NCBI GenBank assembly: GCA_000708835.1
Contig: DF237026.1
Location: 124,001 to 188,000 of the forward strand
Reading direction: 5' to 3'
Length of the DNA stretch: 64,000 nucleotides
Source: Klebsormidium nitens
Taxonomy: Eukaryota > Plantae > Klebsormidiophyceae
Position 1 is the first letter of the stretch. Every line of letters starts with the position of its first letter. A model generated the notes under the pieces. It saw nothing but the letters and a program-made list of their open reading frames with translations. It was not told the DNA's origin and did not search any database. The position numbers and the translations under genes were made by a program. Shown piece after piece: positions 63,001 through 64,000 of the stretch.

Positions 63001-63179
63001 AGATTGACCGCATCTACGGCTCTGGGCCGGAGAGCCTGCGATCGGACGGTGTTGCTCACTACCTCAAGTACGACTCGGGGGCCAAGGAGTTCAAGCCGCT
63101 GCAGACGCAACAATTCACCACTTCGACGTGCGCAGTGGCGCCGTCGAACAGAGCTCCGGGCAAGCGCCTGAGCAGGTGA
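54026..63179 (+). CDS. CAMSAP/Patronin-like microtubule minus-end protein (CH-like + CAMSAP-CH + low-complexity/coil + C-terminal CKK), ~2045 aa
   Basis: Exons 54026-55836, 56323-56445, 57512-60750, 61227-61912, 62307-62408 and 63003-63179 total 6138 nt in phase. CH motifs EDALQLWVN and DLSDGRALAVLLH. The C-terminus SNKKLVRNALSTVCLAG...NFVILFKD..KFKGLY...IYGSGP....YLKYDSGAKEF matches the CKK consensus (SNK.II.NAL...CLAG, NFLILFRD, GP, YKYNS..K.F). Confidence 0.88.
57130..57535 (+). repeat. Three-copy tandem array (175-179 bp) ending in the acceptor of CAMSAP-like exon 3
   Basis: (C/T)AG|G(C/T)TGCTCTGC.TCGACGAC occurs at 57158, 57337 and 57512 (real). The units also share AGCTCGCCTGTCAAAC and GCCAGAC.GTACG.GGACGT.ATT. 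Confidence 0.9.
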
Positions 63180-64000
63180 TTCGATATGCATAGCAGCACG
63201 CCGCAAGCTAGGAGCGAGGACGCAACGAAGGAGAAGGCATGGCGGCAAGCCAAACAGGATCTGTTGGCAATTCCGGCCAGGCCCGGCTTAGGTAGCTCGA
63301 GCTTTCTGAAATACATTTAGCCCGCCGAGCACCTAAGCCAGACTTGATAAGATAGGTAGGATATGAAGCACTGTGCACGCGCTTGATCTGCATTCGACCA
63401 GATTCTGACCCCGGCTACTACTGATTAATCCAGTCCGGCCTCGGGCCGGGTGCTTGCTTATTTTACCTTATCTCCCTCATACTCCGGGCCACGTAGTATC
63501 CAACGCCAGACGAAATGCATGGAGCTAGGATTGCTTACTCCCTTTCTTGTCTGGCAAACCTTCCAAGCTGACGTTACTTACCTGCATGTCACTGTTGCAA
63601 TCAAGTTGGATATGGGGGACAGAAGGTGAATCAGAATCTGCATTCTCGTCACGGCGTGCCGACAAGTTGGCCTGAAGGTACTTTATAAACCCATGCACGA
63701 GCCCATTGACAATGTCTCACCAGCCCCCCCCCCCGGGGTGTTACTGGAGTTGATCCACAGTAAGGTGATGTTCCGGACCCAACGATATTGGGGTACGCAA
63801 AGTCGATAGTCCGATCGGAACTTATCAGCATGCAAGAAACAGTCTGATCTTCGATCAATGTTGATTCGATCATAGCATGACTGCTTATGCTCCTACAGCT
63901 GTTGGTCAGCACCTGGGACCGTCTACGAGTCTAATACAGGCTTCAACTCAAATTTCCATCTGACATCATCTGGTCTCAGGCTTCAGGCGACGTGACGAAC

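Overview
Eukaryotic, intron-rich nuclear DNA of moderate GC content. The gene set (PRORP, plastid-targeted ribosomal protein S6, ZIFL-type MFS transporter, AP5Z1) and the intron style point to a streptophyte green alga, probably Klebsormidium (inference). Spliced models built by hand from GT/AG sites and reading-frame phase, in order: 3' end of PRORP; two tandem copies of a secreted bacterial-type beta-propeller gene, copy 1 lacking exon 1; an intronless secreted Cys-containing protein; AP-5 zeta; a low-complexity hypothetical protein; a secreted AOC/dirigent-barrel protein; a frameshifted secreted-protein gene; plastid RPS6; a ZIFL-like MFS transporter plus an inverted pseudogene fragment of it; and a ~2045-aa CH + CKK protein that looks like a CAMSAP/Patronin microtubule minus-end protein, a family not known from land plants. 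Three non-genic patterns stand out. (1) Tandem duplications that span splice junctions leave arrays of decoy acceptors or donors in at least 7 introns of 4 genes. (2) A family of ~165-200 bp foldback elements shares a telomere-like core but has differing inverted-repeat arms. (3) TGACGTCA occurs at least 22 times where about 1 is expected. No rRNA, tRNA or CRISPR was found. All family assignments come from remembered motifs, not database searches.
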